Below, piece after piece: positions 29,871-40,384 of a DNA stretch of 64,000 nucleotides. This DNA is from Candidatus Krumholzibacteriota bacterium. Lineage in GTDB: Bacteria; Krumholzibacteriota; Krumholzibacteriia; JAJRXK01. The stretch is from contig JAJDAC010000041.1 of NCBI GenBank assembly GCA_029262065.1, positions 1,430 through 65,429 on the forward strand. Direction: 5' to 3'. The notes below the pieces were generated by a model. That model ran no database searches, had not been told where the DNA came from, and saw nothing but the letters and a program-made list of their open reading frames with translations. A program made the translations under genes and the position numbers. Within the stretch, counting starts at the first letter, position 1. Every line of letters starts with the position of its first letter.

Positions 29871-30081
29871 CGTGGTTGAACCCTGGAAACTGGGTGGATT
29901 TCGGCTCCATCCAGATTTCGGCGGACCGGCCGCCAGTCTGAAGGGGCACTTTCGGCGTCCTCGCAGACAGATCAACCTATCGCGTAACACATTATAATAT
30001 ATCCACTTATCAACCAACCCGGTTATCCCTGACGGCGGGGTCCGGGGCTTTTCGCCCCTGACCGCAGCCGCGGGGCGAGGT

Positions 30082-30107
30082 GGAACAACTGCACCCGCCC
30101 AAGCGTT
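30082..30107 (+). promoter_or_regulatory. Putative ECF sigma (RpoE/SigH-like) promoter GGAAC-N17-CGTT
   Basis: About 60 nt upstream of the PDZ gene ATG. Confidence 0.45.
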
Positions 30108-30169
30108 GAACAGGACAAGGAGACCCGCCAGTTTCCTGGTCGTCGGACTCACCCTGAAGGAGAACTGAA

Positions 30170-31159
30170 ATGCGATTGAGAACATTCCTGACCGCGACCG
30201 GCGTGGCATGCGCCCTGGCGATCACGACGTCAGCCGGCTGGGCCGGCGGATACCTGGGAATCCAGATGCAGGAACTCACTCCGGCTCTGGTGGAAGCCCT
30301 GGATCTGGACGACGACGCCACTGGTGTGTTGGTGTCCGAGGTCGTGGCCGACAGCCCGGCCGAAGCAGCGGGTCTGCGCAACGGGGACATCATCCTGGGC
30401 TTCGATGGCCGCGATGTGAGCTCGACTGGCGAACTACGAAGATGGGTCTCGCGCGCCGACGGCGGCGAGGCCATCAACCTGGAAATCATTCGCCGCGGCC
30501 AGAGACAAACATTGAGCGTGGTGATGGGCGACACCGCCAAGCTCGAACGCCGTCGGGATAGAAACCGCCGCGCGCCCCGTACCTGGACGCTCGACGGCGA
30601 CGACGGCGACCAGAACTCCTGGAGGTTCGACGGCGACGATGGCAAGGGACTGGCTCGGTTCTTTGTCGGCCGCGGCCAACGCCTCGGTATACGGGTCGAG
30701 CCCGTGAGCGACGATCTGGGTCGTTATTTCGGGGCCGAAAAGGGCCTGCTGGTGCTTGAGGTTTTCGACGACACGGCCGCGGCCACCGCGGGCATGCAGG
30801 TAGGCGACGTAATCGTCAGCGTCGCCGGCGACGCCGTGGAAAACGCCGGTGATATCCACGAGATCCTGGCCGACTATTCCGAAGGCGATGAAGTCGCGGT
30901 GGGAATCATTCGCGACCGTAACGCCACGGAATTGGCGGTCACGGTCGAAGAGTCGAGGGGCCTGAACCTGGGCCAGTTCTTCGAGGGTGATGGTCCCAGC
31001 ATGTTCCGGTTCGACGGTCGCGACGGAAACGATTTTCGAGTCGACCTGCCACGGCGGATGCAGAGGCACCACGAAGACGAGGAGTCCCTGGACGAGCTGC
31101 GCGAGGAACTGCGCGACCTCCGCAAGCGACTCAGAAAATTGGAAGAGAACGACGGCTGA
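30170..31159 (+). CDS. Secreted tandem-PDZ protein lacking a protease domain
   Basis: Signal peptide; GYLGI...SPAEAAGLRNGDII and RLGI...AATAGMQVGDVI PDZ domains; coiled-coil tail; AAGGAG RBS. Confidence 0.85.
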   Translation: MRLRTFLTATGVACALAITTSAGWAGGYLGIQMQELTPALVEALDLDDDATGVLVSEVVADSPAEAAGLRNGDIILGFDGRDVSSTGELRRWVSRADGGEAINLEIIRRGQRQTLSVVMGDTAKLERRRDRNRRAPRTWTLDGDDGDQNSWRFDGDDGKGLARFFVGRGQRLGIRVEPVSDDLGRYFGAEKGLLVLEVFDDTAAATAGMQVGDVIVSVAGDAVENAGDIHEILADYSEGDEVAVGIIRDRNATELAVTVEESRGLNLGQFFEGDGPSMFRFDGRDGNDFRVDLPRRMQRHHEDEESLDELREELRDLRKRLRKLEENDG

Positions 31160-31179
31160 TTGACCGTATGCGGGGCGGG

Positions 31180-33768
31180 TCAGCGTATCCGCTGGCTCGC
31201 CCTGGACTCCAACACGCTGTGCAGCACGGCCTGAAGCTGCTCCGACCGGAGTGGCTTTCCAATGCAATCGTCCATGCCCGCGGCGATGCACTGCTCCCGC
31301 AAATCACGCGTAGCTCGAGCCACTACGCCGACCAGGGGAGTTCTGCTGTCGGCGCCTTCGCGACGGCGGATCTGCTCGGCCGCCCGATAGCCATCGGCCC
31401 CGGGCATCATGCAGTCCAGGAGAACAACATCGTAGCTATCGTGGGCAAGTAACTCGAGCGCCTCGGTGCCACTGCCCGCAACCTCAACGCGACATCCCAG
31501 CCGCTCCAGAGTCAGGCTGGCTACCCGTTGATCCACCCGGTTGTCCTCAACCACCAGTACGCGCGCTGAGATCGGCTGGCTGACCCGCGTGGACCTTGCA
31601 TTATCGCGCCCCCGTCCGTGGGCAAGCACGTGATCGAGGCCCTGACGCAGGGCAGTGGCACGAACCGGTTTGGTAACTACCCCATCCACTCCGTGGGCGG
31701 CGAGTTGACCGGTCGGGCGCGGCATTCCGAAAGGCGGCATCAGCAATACCCGCGTGGATTCGAGCGCGGGATCACGCTTGACCAGCTGAGCCAACTGAAC
31801 TCCCCCCACGGGCTCGATAGCGTCGTCGACAATGACCACCTGGTAGGGCCAACCATCGCCATCGGCTTCTCGCAACATCTCCAGCGCCTGATCTCCGCGC
31901 GAGCAGAGATCGGCATGTACGCGCATGTCGGTAAGTTGCCGGTGGAGAATCTGGCTGAGGGCCAGGGTCGACTCGACCACAAGCACCCGCACGCCTCGAT
32001 GATCATGCTGCGACGGAGCAAACTCAGCCTCGGCGAGCGGCTGCTCGAAGGGCAGTGTGCACCAGAACGTGCTACCAGCTCCCGGCTGACTGTCTACCCC
32101 CATCTTGCCCCCCATCAACTCCACCAATCGGTGTGCGATGGCCAAGCCAAATCGTGAGTCTCCGGAGTTGTTTTCGGCAAGAGCCCGCTCGGGGTCGAAA
32201 ATACCATCCAGGGAATGTGCGTCGATGCCGGCGCCATTGTCCCGCACTTCGAATCGAACTTCCCAGGCGCTGGATGCCGCCATGACCGTCTTGCCCAGGA
32301 TCACAACTTCGCCGGCTTCGGTGCTTCGCAACGCGTTGGCCACCAGGTTGACCAGGATCTGTCGCAGTCGACCAGCGTCTCCCGCGACGAGGGTGGGAAC
32401 CGAGGGCTCGATGTAGGAGGCCAACTGCACGCTCTTTCGATGCGCGGATTGCGACATGAGGTCCAGGACGTCCTCGACCATTCGACCTGGATCGAAGTCA
32501 CTGACCTCGACGCTCAAGTTGCCGGCTTCGATTTTCGAGAAGTCCAGAACGTCGTTGATCAACGTGAGCAACGCGTCGGTGGAGGTACGAACCGTCTCGG
32601 TGAACTCACGTTGTTCGCGGCTGAGTTCGGTATCCAGCAGGCGTCCCAACGTGGCCATGACCGAATTCATGGGACCACGAATTTCGCCACCCACCATCGC
32701 CAGGTAGTGCACCTTCACCCTATTGGCGCGGTCTTCGGCCTCGCGCGAGGCCTGCCAACGCTGGTCCTGCCCTACGCGCGACGAACAGGGCACACCCAGC
32801 ATGATCACGCCTTCGACCGCTCCGGCCTCGGAGCGGTAGGGATATTTCGTGATCTCCAAGGAAATCGTTTCGCTACCCCGGGCTCGGTATTGACGCACCG
32901 AGCTCTCCATCGTCCGACCGGTAGCCAGCACATCCAGGTCTTCCTGGTAGCATCGCGCGGCGTTTTCGGGATCGATTTCCCAGAGGTACTGGCCTTCCAT
33001 GTCGCGTTGGTCGACGCCGAAAATACTGGACGCCTGGGAGTTGGCCCGAAGAATTCTATTTTCACCGTCCTTCAACCAGACCACCGCGCCCATGTTGTCC
33101 AACACGGCGCGATCAGTGGAAAAGGCCTGGTCTTGAGGACGCGCCGGCCCGGTACTGAAACTGGTCGCGGGGGATTGTCGATCGTAGGCGGTCAACACAA
33201 TGGCGAGCAACTCGGCAAGGCCCTCGGTCACTGGAAGCACGTGAGACACGAACAACGCATCGGGCTCAACCTGCGCCAAGCCCAACACCCCCAATACGTG
33301 ATCGCCGGATGTAATGGGAACCGCGAGCATGGCCGTACATTCGTGGCCCAGCGCATCGATACCGCGGCCACTCCAGGCCTGGTAGTCGTCCACGACCACC
33401 GCCTCGTTGCGGTCCCAAACGCGACCGGGCAAGCCGTGTTTGGGTTCGCACGCCACGCCCAGGTGGGTCTCGAAGACACCCTGCGCGGCTCGCAAACGCA
33501 TGTACGCGGCACCTTCTTCGACCAGATACACAAACCCGTGTTCGACTCCGGCCGCTCCCGTGGCATGCAAAACGATGGTATGGAGGAACTCGTCGACGCT
33601 CAGACCGTGCGAAAGAGCAAGGTTGCCCTCATGGAGAGCCGAGGCGTATAGGTTGGCGGAGACCCCCGCCTGGGGCGAACCGTGGGGTTCACCCGTAGAA
33701 GATGGTACTTCAGCACCACCCGAATCGGCCGAAATGGGCCGTCGTTCAGATTCGTTTGTAGGATTCAT
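31180..33768 (-). CDS. Hybrid sensor kinase-like protein GAF-PAS-HisKA-HATPase-REC-REC, phosphoacceptor His absent
   Basis: DVLDFSKIEAG, GDAGRLRQILVNLVANA, DNGAGI, two REC domains; H-box reads MVGGEIRGPM. Confidence 0.85.
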   Translation of the reverse strand: MNPTNESERRPISADSGGAEVPSSTGEPHGSPQAGVSANLYASALHEGNLALSHGLSVDEFLHTIVLHATGAAGVEHGFVYLVEEGAAYMRLRAAQGVFETHLGVACEPKHGLPGRVWDRNEAVVVDDYQAWSGRGIDALGHECTAMLAVPITSGDHVLGVLGLAQVEPDALFVSHVLPVTEGLAELLAIVLTAYDRQSPATSFSTGPARPQDQAFSTDRAVLDNMGAVVWLKDGENRILRANSQASSIFGVDQRDMEGQYLWEIDPENAARCYQEDLDVLATGRTMESSVRQYRARGSETISLEITKYPYRSEAGAVEGVIMLGVPCSSRVGQDQRWQASREAEDRANRVKVHYLAMVGGEIRGPMNSVMATLGRLLDTELSREQREFTETVRTSTDALLTLINDVLDFSKIEAGNLSVEVSDFDPGRMVEDVLDLMSQSAHRKSVQLASYIEPSVPTLVAGDAGRLRQILVNLVANALRSTEAGEVVILGKTVMAASSAWEVRFEVRDNGAGIDAHSLDGIFDPERALAENNSGDSRFGLAIAHRLVELMGGKMGVDSQPGAGSTFWCTLPFEQPLAEAEFAPSQHDHRGVRVLVVESTLALSQILHRQLTDMRVHADLCSRGDQALEMLREADGDGWPYQVVIVDDAIEPVGGVQLAQLVKRDPALESTRVLLMPPFGMPRPTGQLAAHGVDGVVTKPVRATALRQGLDHVLAHGRGRDNARSTRVSQPISARVLVVEDNRVDQRVASLTLERLGCRVEVAGSGTEALELLAHDSYDVVLLDCMMPGADGYRAAEQIRRREGADSRTPLVGVVARATRDLREQCIAAGMDDCIGKPLRSEQLQAVLHSVLESRASQRIR

Positions 33769-33928
33769 GACTTTTGCAACGTTCCGAGTAAAGCTCCGGA
33801 CGAAGATTGAGCAAATCCCGGGCCGTCACACGCAACGTTCGGGTTGAGGACAGCCGGAAGATTGCGCCACAATGGGGCTAGCTGGTCCCGACCCTCAGCC
33901 CAACCCGCAGACGAAGGATGACCGAGCC

Positions 33929-35758
33929 ATGACCGTTGCCGCTCCCCGCACTCTTGACCGCCAGGAGATTGCCGACGAGTTCAAGTGGGAGCTTTCCCAC
34001 ATCTATCCCAACTGGGAGGCCTGGGAGGAAGGATTTTCCCGGCTGGCCACACTCATCGACGAAATTGCGGAGTTGAGGGGAACGCTGAGCGATGCCGCGG
34101 CCGTTCTGCGCGCGTTCCAGCAAAGCGATGATATGGAACAGCTTGCCCACCGCGTGTACTGGTATCCGTCGCTCATGCACGATCAGGACATGCGGGACAA
34201 TCAAATCGAGGCCCGACGGCAACGGGTTTCACTTCTGCTTTCCAGGAGCGCAACCGCGGTGGCTTGGCTGAAGCCCGAGCTTCTGACCATTCCGATTCAG
34301 ACCATGCAGCAGTGGCTGCGGGACAACGAAGATCTGGCGCTGTACGCCTTCTCCATCCAAGACCTCTACCGCCAACAGGAGCACGTACTCGACGAGACCA
34401 ACGAACGGATTCTGTCGTTCTCTTCGCAGCTACAAGGTACGCCCAGCGACGCGTACGCCATGCTCACTACGGCCGACGCCCACTTTCCCACCGTGGAGCT
34501 TGTATCGGGCGAGAAGGTCAAGGTCACGCACGCACGCTACCACACGCTACTGAACACTTCGGTGGAACAAGCCGATCGTGCTGCGGCTTTCGGGGGCCTG
34601 TACGACATGTACGGTCGCCGTGCCAATACATTCGCGGCGATCTACAACGGTGTGTGCCAGCGCGATTGGTTCATTGCTCGCTCGCGCAATTACCCCAGCA
34701 CGCTCGACGCCGCCCTCCACGGCAACGACATTCCGCCTACTGTCGTCGAAAACCTCCTGGCCACGACGCGCGCGGGGACCGAACCGTTGCGGCGGTACTT
34801 CCGCCTGAGAAAGCGGATACTGGGCCTCGAGAAAATCCACTTGTACGACGGCACCGTACCGCTGGTGAAGACCCTCACGCGCTATTCGTATCAGGATGCC
34901 ATGGATCGCACGCTGGAAAGCGTGACACCCCTGGGCCATTCGTACCGCACCACCATGGAACAGGGATTCCGGAGCGGCTGGGTTGACGTATACGAGAACG
35001 AAGGAAAACGTAGCGGCGCCTATTCGGCTCCGGTCTACGGCGTGCATCCGTACATGCTGATGAACTACGACGATACTCTGGAGAACATGTTCACGCTGGC
35101 CCACGAAATGGGTCATTCAATGCACACGGTCCTATCGCATGAGCATCAACCATTTGTGTATTCGGGATACACGATATTCGTAGCCGAGGTAGCTTCCACG
35201 CTGAACGAATCCCTTCTACTGAACCATCTGCTGGACCAGACCGACGATCCCAAAGAACGCATGCGCCTGCTACAGCATGCCATCGACAGCATCGTCGGAA
35301 CGTTCTACACGCAGGTACTGTTCGCCGATTTCGAACTACAAGCGCACCAGTTGGTTGAACGCGGTGAGCCGGTCACGGCCGATGCGCTCAACACCATCTA
35401 CTTCGATCTCCTGAAAGCCTACTACGGCGACTCGATCGATCACGACGAGCGGTATCGCTTCACGTGGATGCGCATTCCGCATTTCTTCCGATCACCGTAC
35501 TACGTGTATCAGTACGCTACGTGCTTCGCCTCGGCGGCTCAGATTCAGCGCAACATGGCCGATGCCACCGGAAGTGACCGGGAGGAAGTGGTCGAACGCT
35601 ACCTGAACCTGCTTCGCTCGGGTGGCGACGATCATCCCATGCGCCAGTTGAAAAAGGCCGGGGTCGACCTTACCCAACCGCACACCGTGCAAGCCGTGGT
35701 CGAACAACTGGCGTCCTTGGTCGAGCGGCTCGAACGAGAGACCGACGCAAGCGCCTAG
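33929..35758 (+). CDS. pepF: Oligoendopeptidase F (M3B)
   Basis: GKRSGAYS, TLAHEMGHSMH, FVAEVAST, IPHF..PYYVYQYA. Confidence 0.95.
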   Translation: MTVAAPRTLDRQEIADEFKWELSHIYPNWEAWEEGFSRLATLIDEIAELRGTLSDAAAVLRAFQQSDDMEQLAHRVYWYPSLMHDQDMRDNQIEARRQRVSLLLSRSATAVAWLKPELLTIPIQTMQQWLRDNEDLALYAFSIQDLYRQQEHVLDETNERILSFSSQLQGTPSDAYAMLTTADAHFPTVELVSGEKVKVTHARYHTLLNTSVEQADRAAAFGGLYDMYGRRANTFAAIYNGVCQRDWFIARSRNYPSTLDAALHGNDIPPTVVENLLATTRAGTEPLRRYFRLRKRILGLEKIHLYDGTVPLVKTLTRYSYQDAMDRTLESVTPLGHSYRTTMEQGFRSGWVDVYENEGKRSGAYSAPVYGVHPYMLMNYDDTLENMFTLAHEMGHSMHTVLSHEHQPFVYSGYTIFVAEVASTLNESLLLNHLLDQTDDPKERMRLLQHAIDSIVGTFYTQVLFADFELQAHQLVERGEPVTADALNTIYFDLLKAYYGDSIDHDERYRFTWMRIPHFFRSPYYVYQYATCFASAAQIQRNMADATGSDREEVVERYLNLLRSGGDDHPMRQLKKAGVDLTQPHTVQAVVEQLASLVERLERETDASA

Positions 35759-35780
35759 GTCCAACCAACGCCGGCCGGGA

Positions 35781-36623
35781 CTACGGGCCTTGGCCGGACT
35801 CTCCCTCCAACCAACTCAGGGTGGCCCGCTTCAACTGCTTGAAGTCGGCGGCCACGAACAGCAGCGGCTGAAAATCCGTGGGGTCGTAGGGCGTGGTGGC
35901 CGCCACCTCGGCGTCGAAGGCTTTCAGCGTGGCCTGTGATTCGAACCTCTCCATTTCGCCGGCCGACGAGAGAATCCCCGCGCCCACGACCTTCACATCT
36001 CCGGCTTCGCGTACCAGTCCGTACTCCAGCGTAAACCAGTACAAGCGAGCAATTCGATCGATCTGAGCGTCTTCGGTTGCCACCTGCGCGGCTTGCCCGA
36101 AGGCCCGACTCAGCTCCACGAAGTCATCGTGCGCCAACGTGGGAGCATGCCCCACCAGCTCGTGCACCACATCGGGTTCGGGGGTGTAGGAAGGTCGGCT
36201 GGTATGTCGGATGTACTGGGTTGAAAGGAATACGCCGTCACCCAGCCGCTCCAGAAACGCCCGCTGCGTCACGAGCCCCGCCACCGGTTCCATCTGAAAG
36301 CCCGTGAGCCGCGCCAGATGTGTGTTCACGTCGCACAGCTGGGGAACCGCTGAGGCCGCCAGGGGGAGCCGCGCGTAGGCCTCGAGGACCTGGCGACAGG
36401 CGAAGCGCGAATGCGATTGTTGAAGCCGGGAAAGAAGCTGTCCCCAAAGGACATCTTCCTCGGGCGTGTAGGCAATTCGGGGAACCGGCTGACCGCGGCG
36501 AAACTCGCGAGCCACCCGCGCGATTTCGTTGCGCCGGGCGCGGTACGAAGCGTCGCGGAACCCGGGGTGATCGGCGTCGAGATCGACCAGGTGCTCGGGT
36601 CCATGTCCGTGGGAAAGATCCAT
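35781..36623 (-). CDS. phhA: Phenylalanine 4-monooxygenase
   Basis: DADHPGFRD..YR.RR, TQYIRH, YTPEPDVVHELVGH, YWFTLEYGL, GAGILSS. Confidence 0.92.
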   Translation of the reverse strand: MDLSHGHGPEHLVDLDADHPGFRDASYRARRNEIARVAREFRRGQPVPRIAYTPEEDVLWGQLLSRLQQSHSRFACRQVLEAYARLPLAASAVPQLCDVNTHLARLTGFQMEPVAGLVTQRAFLERLGDGVFLSTQYIRHTSRPSYTPEPDVVHELVGHAPTLAHDDFVELSRAFGQAAQVATEDAQIDRIARLYWFTLEYGLVREAGDVKVVGAGILSSAGEMERFESQATLKAFDAEVAATTPYDPTDFQPLLFVAADFKQLKRATLSWLEGESGQGP

Positions 36624-36692
36624 GGTCCTGTTCCGTCCGGGGTTGCGAAGGGTCCGTTGGTGGGATCCTACCAGTGCAGTACCATCGGCCCC

Positions 36693-38486
36693 ATGGAATA
36701 CGGACCCATAGAACATTTTCAGACCGGCGTGGCGGCGGCGGTCTCAGCGCTGCGCACGCGTGACAGCCTCGGCTGCGGCGAATTCCTCGATCTGGTCGAG
36801 CTGGGCCGCTGGTGCAAATCGGTGGGCATGGACCTCATTCAGATTCTGCCGGTGAACGATAGCGGCTCCGATGCCTCTCCGTACGCCGCCCTCAGCGCCT
36901 TCGCCCTGCATCCCATCTACGTTCGCCTCACGGCCGTTGCGGGGGCTGAAGACATGGCGACTGAATTCCAGGCCGCTCTCGAACCTCTTGAGAATACAGA
37001 CAGACTCGAGTACGAGGCCGTGCTCGAAACCAAGCTCCGATTGTTGAGAATCGTATTCGACCGGGGTCACGAACCCCACGCGATCGACGAATGGATGCGA
37101 CAGCGTGCGTGGGGCCGGACATATTGCGTTTTCCGAACACTCAGCCAGGTCCACCACGGACGGGCGTTCTGGGACTGGCCGCAGACGGACCTCTCGGCCG
37201 CGTTGGTCGAGGAGACCATGTCGAGCCATGCCGCCGATGTGCGCTTCTTCGCCTGGGTCCAGATCCAACTCGAAAACCAGCTGTTGGCCGCGTCACGATC
37301 CCTGATGGAAATGGGGGTTCGGCTGAAGGGTGACCTGCCCATTCTCCTGAACGAGAACAGCGCCGACGTGTGGGAACATCCCGAACTCTTCGACCGCGAA
37401 TGGAAGGCCGGGGCGCCGCCGGACATGTTTGCCCACGACGGACAGAACTGGGGTTTTCCTTCCTATCGTTGGGACAAGCTGGCTCGCGACGACTACCGAT
37501 GGTGGCGCGAGCGATTGCAGCACGCCGACCGTTTCTACCATGCGTTCCGGCTCGACCATGTACTGGGGTTCTTTCGCCTTTGGAGAATTCCCAAAGGCGA
37601 AGAGACCGGGCTGATGGGACAGTTTCACCCGAGCGTCCCCCTGCAAGTCGAGCATTTCACAGACCAAGGGTTCAGCGCCGAGCAGGTCCACGAATTCGCG
37701 CAGGCACGCGAGGATGCGTACGACCGATTGTTGCTGCCCCACGCGTCCCACGCCGACGGATTTCGACCGTTCTGGCACTTTTCCGAGGCGCGCCGTTTCC
37801 AGGATATGGAGGAATCGCAGCAAAACGCTTTCCGCCGCGTAATCGAGCAGGACGAGGCACGCCAGCAGGAATCGTGGGCCAATCACGGCCGCGAGATCCT
37901 GACCATGGTCACCGGCACGACCAACATGCTCGTCTGTGCGGAAGATCTGGGCGCGGTGCCCAATTGTGTTCCCGAGGTACTCAACGAATTGAACATCCTG
38001 GGCTTGCGCGTGGAACGTTGGCAACGTAGATGGGACGACACGGGATCGCCGTTCAAGCCGCCCGAGGACTACGAGCGACTGACGGTGTGTTCGCCGTCGG
38101 GGCACGATACGTCCACGCTGCGCGGATGGTGGCAGGAGAACGAAGACGAGCGTCGAGCCTACATCGAAGCCGCGGGTCTGGACCACGACGCCCATGGCCG
38201 TGAGACCCTGGATCGTGAGACCCTGGGCAGGATCATCCAACGCAATCTGGCCAGCAATTCGCTGCTGTGCATATTCGCGTTGCAAGACCTACTGAATCTG
38301 GTGGACGGACTGGGCCACGACGACCCCGCCGCGGAACGGGTCAATGTTCCGGGCACCCCCAGCAACGGGAACTGGCGCTATCGCATGCGAGTGCCGGTGC
38401 ACGAAGTGTCCGCGCACGAAACATTGCGGAAAAAACTGAACAAATGGTTGGGTCGGCGACGCGAGCGATCCATCGAGCCGGCCTAG
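36693..38486 (+). CDS. malQ: 4-alpha-glucanotransferase (GH77)
   Basis: IQILPVND, SPYAALSAFAL, KGDLPI, GAPPDMF..GQNWGFP, RLDHVLGFFR, AEDLG, HDTSTLRGWW. Confidence 0.93.
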   Translation: MEYGPIEHFQTGVAAAVSALRTRDSLGCGEFLDLVELGRWCKSVGMDLIQILPVNDSGSDASPYAALSAFALHPIYVRLTAVAGAEDMATEFQAALEPLENTDRLEYEAVLETKLRLLRIVFDRGHEPHAIDEWMRQRAWGRTYCVFRTLSQVHHGRAFWDWPQTDLSAALVEETMSSHAADVRFFAWVQIQLENQLLAASRSLMEMGVRLKGDLPILLNENSADVWEHPELFDREWKAGAPPDMFAHDGQNWGFPSYRWDKLARDDYRWWRERLQHADRFYHAFRLDHVLGFFRLWRIPKGEETGLMGQFHPSVPLQVEHFTDQGFSAEQVHEFAQAREDAYDRLLLPHASHADGFRPFWHFSEARRFQDMEESQQNAFRRVIEQDEARQQESWANHGREILTMVTGTTNMLVCAEDLGAVPNCVPEVLNELNILGLRVERWQRRWDDTGSPFKPPEDYERLTVCSPSGHDTSTLRGWWQENEDERRAYIEAAGLDHDAHGRETLDRETLGRIIQRNLASNSLLCIFALQDLLNLVDGLGHDDPAAERVNVPGTPSNGNWRYRMRVPVHEVSAHETLRKKLNKWLGRRRERSIEPA

Positions 38487-38965
38487 GCCTTACCGTTGTC
38501 CTGGATTTGTTCGGTCAGGAAGTTGTCGAGTCCCACTTCTTCGATCAGGCCCAACTGCGTTTCCAGCCAATCCACGTGCTCTTCGCTGTCCACCAGGATG
38601 CGCTCGATCAGGTCTCGCGAAACCGCGTCGCCACGGGATAGGCACTTTTCAACGGCCCCGCGGTACAGCATTACGCCACCGGTTTCCATGGCCAGGTCGT
38701 GCTGAAACATCAGCGGAACGGTGCTACCCACATGGATCTGGTTGTAGCGGGAGATCGCCGGCACCCCTTCCAGAAACAGAATTCGCTGAATGAGCTGATC
38801 GGCGTGGCGCATCTCTCCGATCGATTCCTCGTAGACCTTCTTGCCCAACCCCAGATAGCCCCAGTCCTGCAACATCCGCGCGTGGATGAAGTATTGGTTG
38901 ATGGCGGTCAACTCGACGGAGAGACCGTCGTTCAGCACCTTGATGATTTCCTGGTCACCCTTCAT
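38483..38965 (-). CDS. bfr: Bacterioferritin
   Basis: MKGD...ELTAINQYFIH, EMRHAD, RILFLEG, EEHVDWLETQ. Confidence 0.95.
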   Translation of the reverse strand: MKGDQEIIKVLNDGLSVELTAINQYFIHARMLQDWGYLGLGKKVYEESIGEMRHADQLIQRILFLEGVPAISRYNQIHVGSTVPLMFQHDLAMETGGVMLYRGAVEKCLSRGDAVSRDLIERILVDSEEHVDWLETQLGLIEEVGLDNFLTEQIQDNGKA

Positions 38966-39125
38966 CACACACTCCCCGGGTGGAATCCTGCAACTTACAA
39001 CGCCCAGGTATGGTAGGTCTCCAATCACCCTCGCGTCCAGTAGCGCGGTGGACCCTTGTCAGCCGCGGCGCCGTGTGCGAGCCTGGTTGGCCCTCCGCAT
39101 GCTCTTCCACCCTCAGGATCATCCC

Positions 39126-40358
39126 ATGTCCCAACCCATGGCCGTCGACAAACTGCGGGAACGCTTTCCCGCCCTGGCCACGGAATGGGCCTACCTCGAC
39201 AACGCCGGCGGCTCACAGATGCTGGGCGCGGCGGCCGAACGATTTGCTGAGTATGCGTTCAGCTCCATGGTCTCCTACGGAGGTCCGTACGAAGCCTCGG
39301 TCCTGGGACGCGAGCGGCTGACGCAGGCGGGCGAATCGTTGGCTCACCTGGTCAATGCGGCCCATGGCGAAGAGATCATTCTGGGTTCATCGGCCACGCA
39401 ACTGCTCACCAACCTTACGTTATCGCTCGAGCAGCGGATGCAGCCCGGCGACGAGATCATCGTGAGCCAGGCCGAGCACCAGGCCAACGTGAGTCCCTGG
39501 GAGCGATTGAAATCGCGGGGAGTGGGGCTGAAGACCTGGCCCATGAACACCGATTCGGGTCGCTTGGAGTTCGTCGACCTGGCTCCCCTGCTTACTCCGC
39601 GCACGCGAATGGTGAGTTTCACGCACTGCTCGAACATTCTTGGTGCCATCCACGACGTCCCTGGTCTGACGCGCCAACTACGAGAGACGTACGACGGGTG
39701 GATCTGTGTCGACGGCGTGGCCTACTCGCCGCATCGGGCGGTGGACGTGCAGGCCGCCGGCGTCGATTTCTACGTGGTCAGCCTATATAAGGTGTTCGGT
39801 CCGCACGTGGGACTGCTGTACGGCCGGCGCGAAGTGCTTTTGGACCTCCCGGGCATCAACCACCCTTTTTTGCCAGCCGACGCCATTCCCTACAAGTTCC
39901 AACCCGGCAACGCGAACCCCGAGCTGGCCCACGCCTGTACCGCCATCGTGGACTATCTGGATGATGTGGGCAGCACCGGCGCACCAAAGGCCACGAAACG
40001 AGAAAACATCGAGCGCGCGTACCAGGCGTTCGCGACTCATGAAGCAGAGCTCGCCGAGCAGTTCCTTGACTTTCTCCAATCGAAACCTCGAGTGCGCCTT
40101 CTGGGCCCAGCCACGTCCGACGCGAACGAACGCGTGGCCACCATTTCGTTTCAGGCCGAGGGTCTCGACGCCTCTACTGTTCCAGCCCACCTTGCGCTTC
40201 GCAAGGTGGGCGTGCGAGCGGGCAATTTCTACGCGATGGGCTTGGCCCGCAGCATGGGGTTCGATGACCCTGGCGGCGTGGTTCGTATTTCCATTGCCCA
40301 TTACAACACCGCCAGTGAGATCGAGCGGACCATCCACGGATTGGATGAACTCCTGTGA
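39126..40358 (+). CDS. Class V aminotransferase, cysteine-desulfurase-like family
   Basis: YLDNAGGSQ, HQANV.PW, DGVAYSPH, SLYKVFGPH, VRISIAHYNT. Confidence 0.9.
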   Translation: MSQPMAVDKLRERFPALATEWAYLDNAGGSQMLGAAAERFAEYAFSSMVSYGGPYEASVLGRERLTQAGESLAHLVNAAHGEEIILGSSATQLLTNLTLSLEQRMQPGDEIIVSQAEHQANVSPWERLKSRGVGLKTWPMNTDSGRLEFVDLAPLLTPRTRMVSFTHCSNILGAIHDVPGLTRQLRETYDGWICVDGVAYSPHRAVDVQAAGVDFYVVSLYKVFGPHVGLLYGRREVLLDLPGINHPFLPADAIPYKFQPGNANPELAHACTAIVDYLDDVGSTGAPKATKRENIERAYQAFATHEAELAEQFLDFLQSKPRVRLLGPATSDANERVATISFQAEGLDASTVPAHLALRKVGVRAGNFYAMGLARSMGFDDPGGVVRISIAHYNTASEIERTIHGLDELL

Positions 40359-40384
40359 TCCAAACCAAACGCAAGGAGACTGAC

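Noticed and set aside
29980-30012. AT-rich stretch as a dif (XerCD) site
   Set aside because: Poor match to the TTATGTTAAAT XerD arm; better explained as divergent -10 boxes
33775-33841. Two GCAACGTTC copies between the hybrid kinase and pepF as operators
   Set aside because: Short imperfect palindromes with no cognate regulator nearby; could be chance
38199-38228. CGTGAGACCCTGG direct repeat in malQ
   Set aside because: Small in-frame duplication (RETLDRETLG) with no further signal
39126-40358. Missing catalytic Cys in the desulfurase-like protein as a novelty
   Set aside because: This class V subfamily (RAGNFYA type) commonly lacks the persulfide Cys
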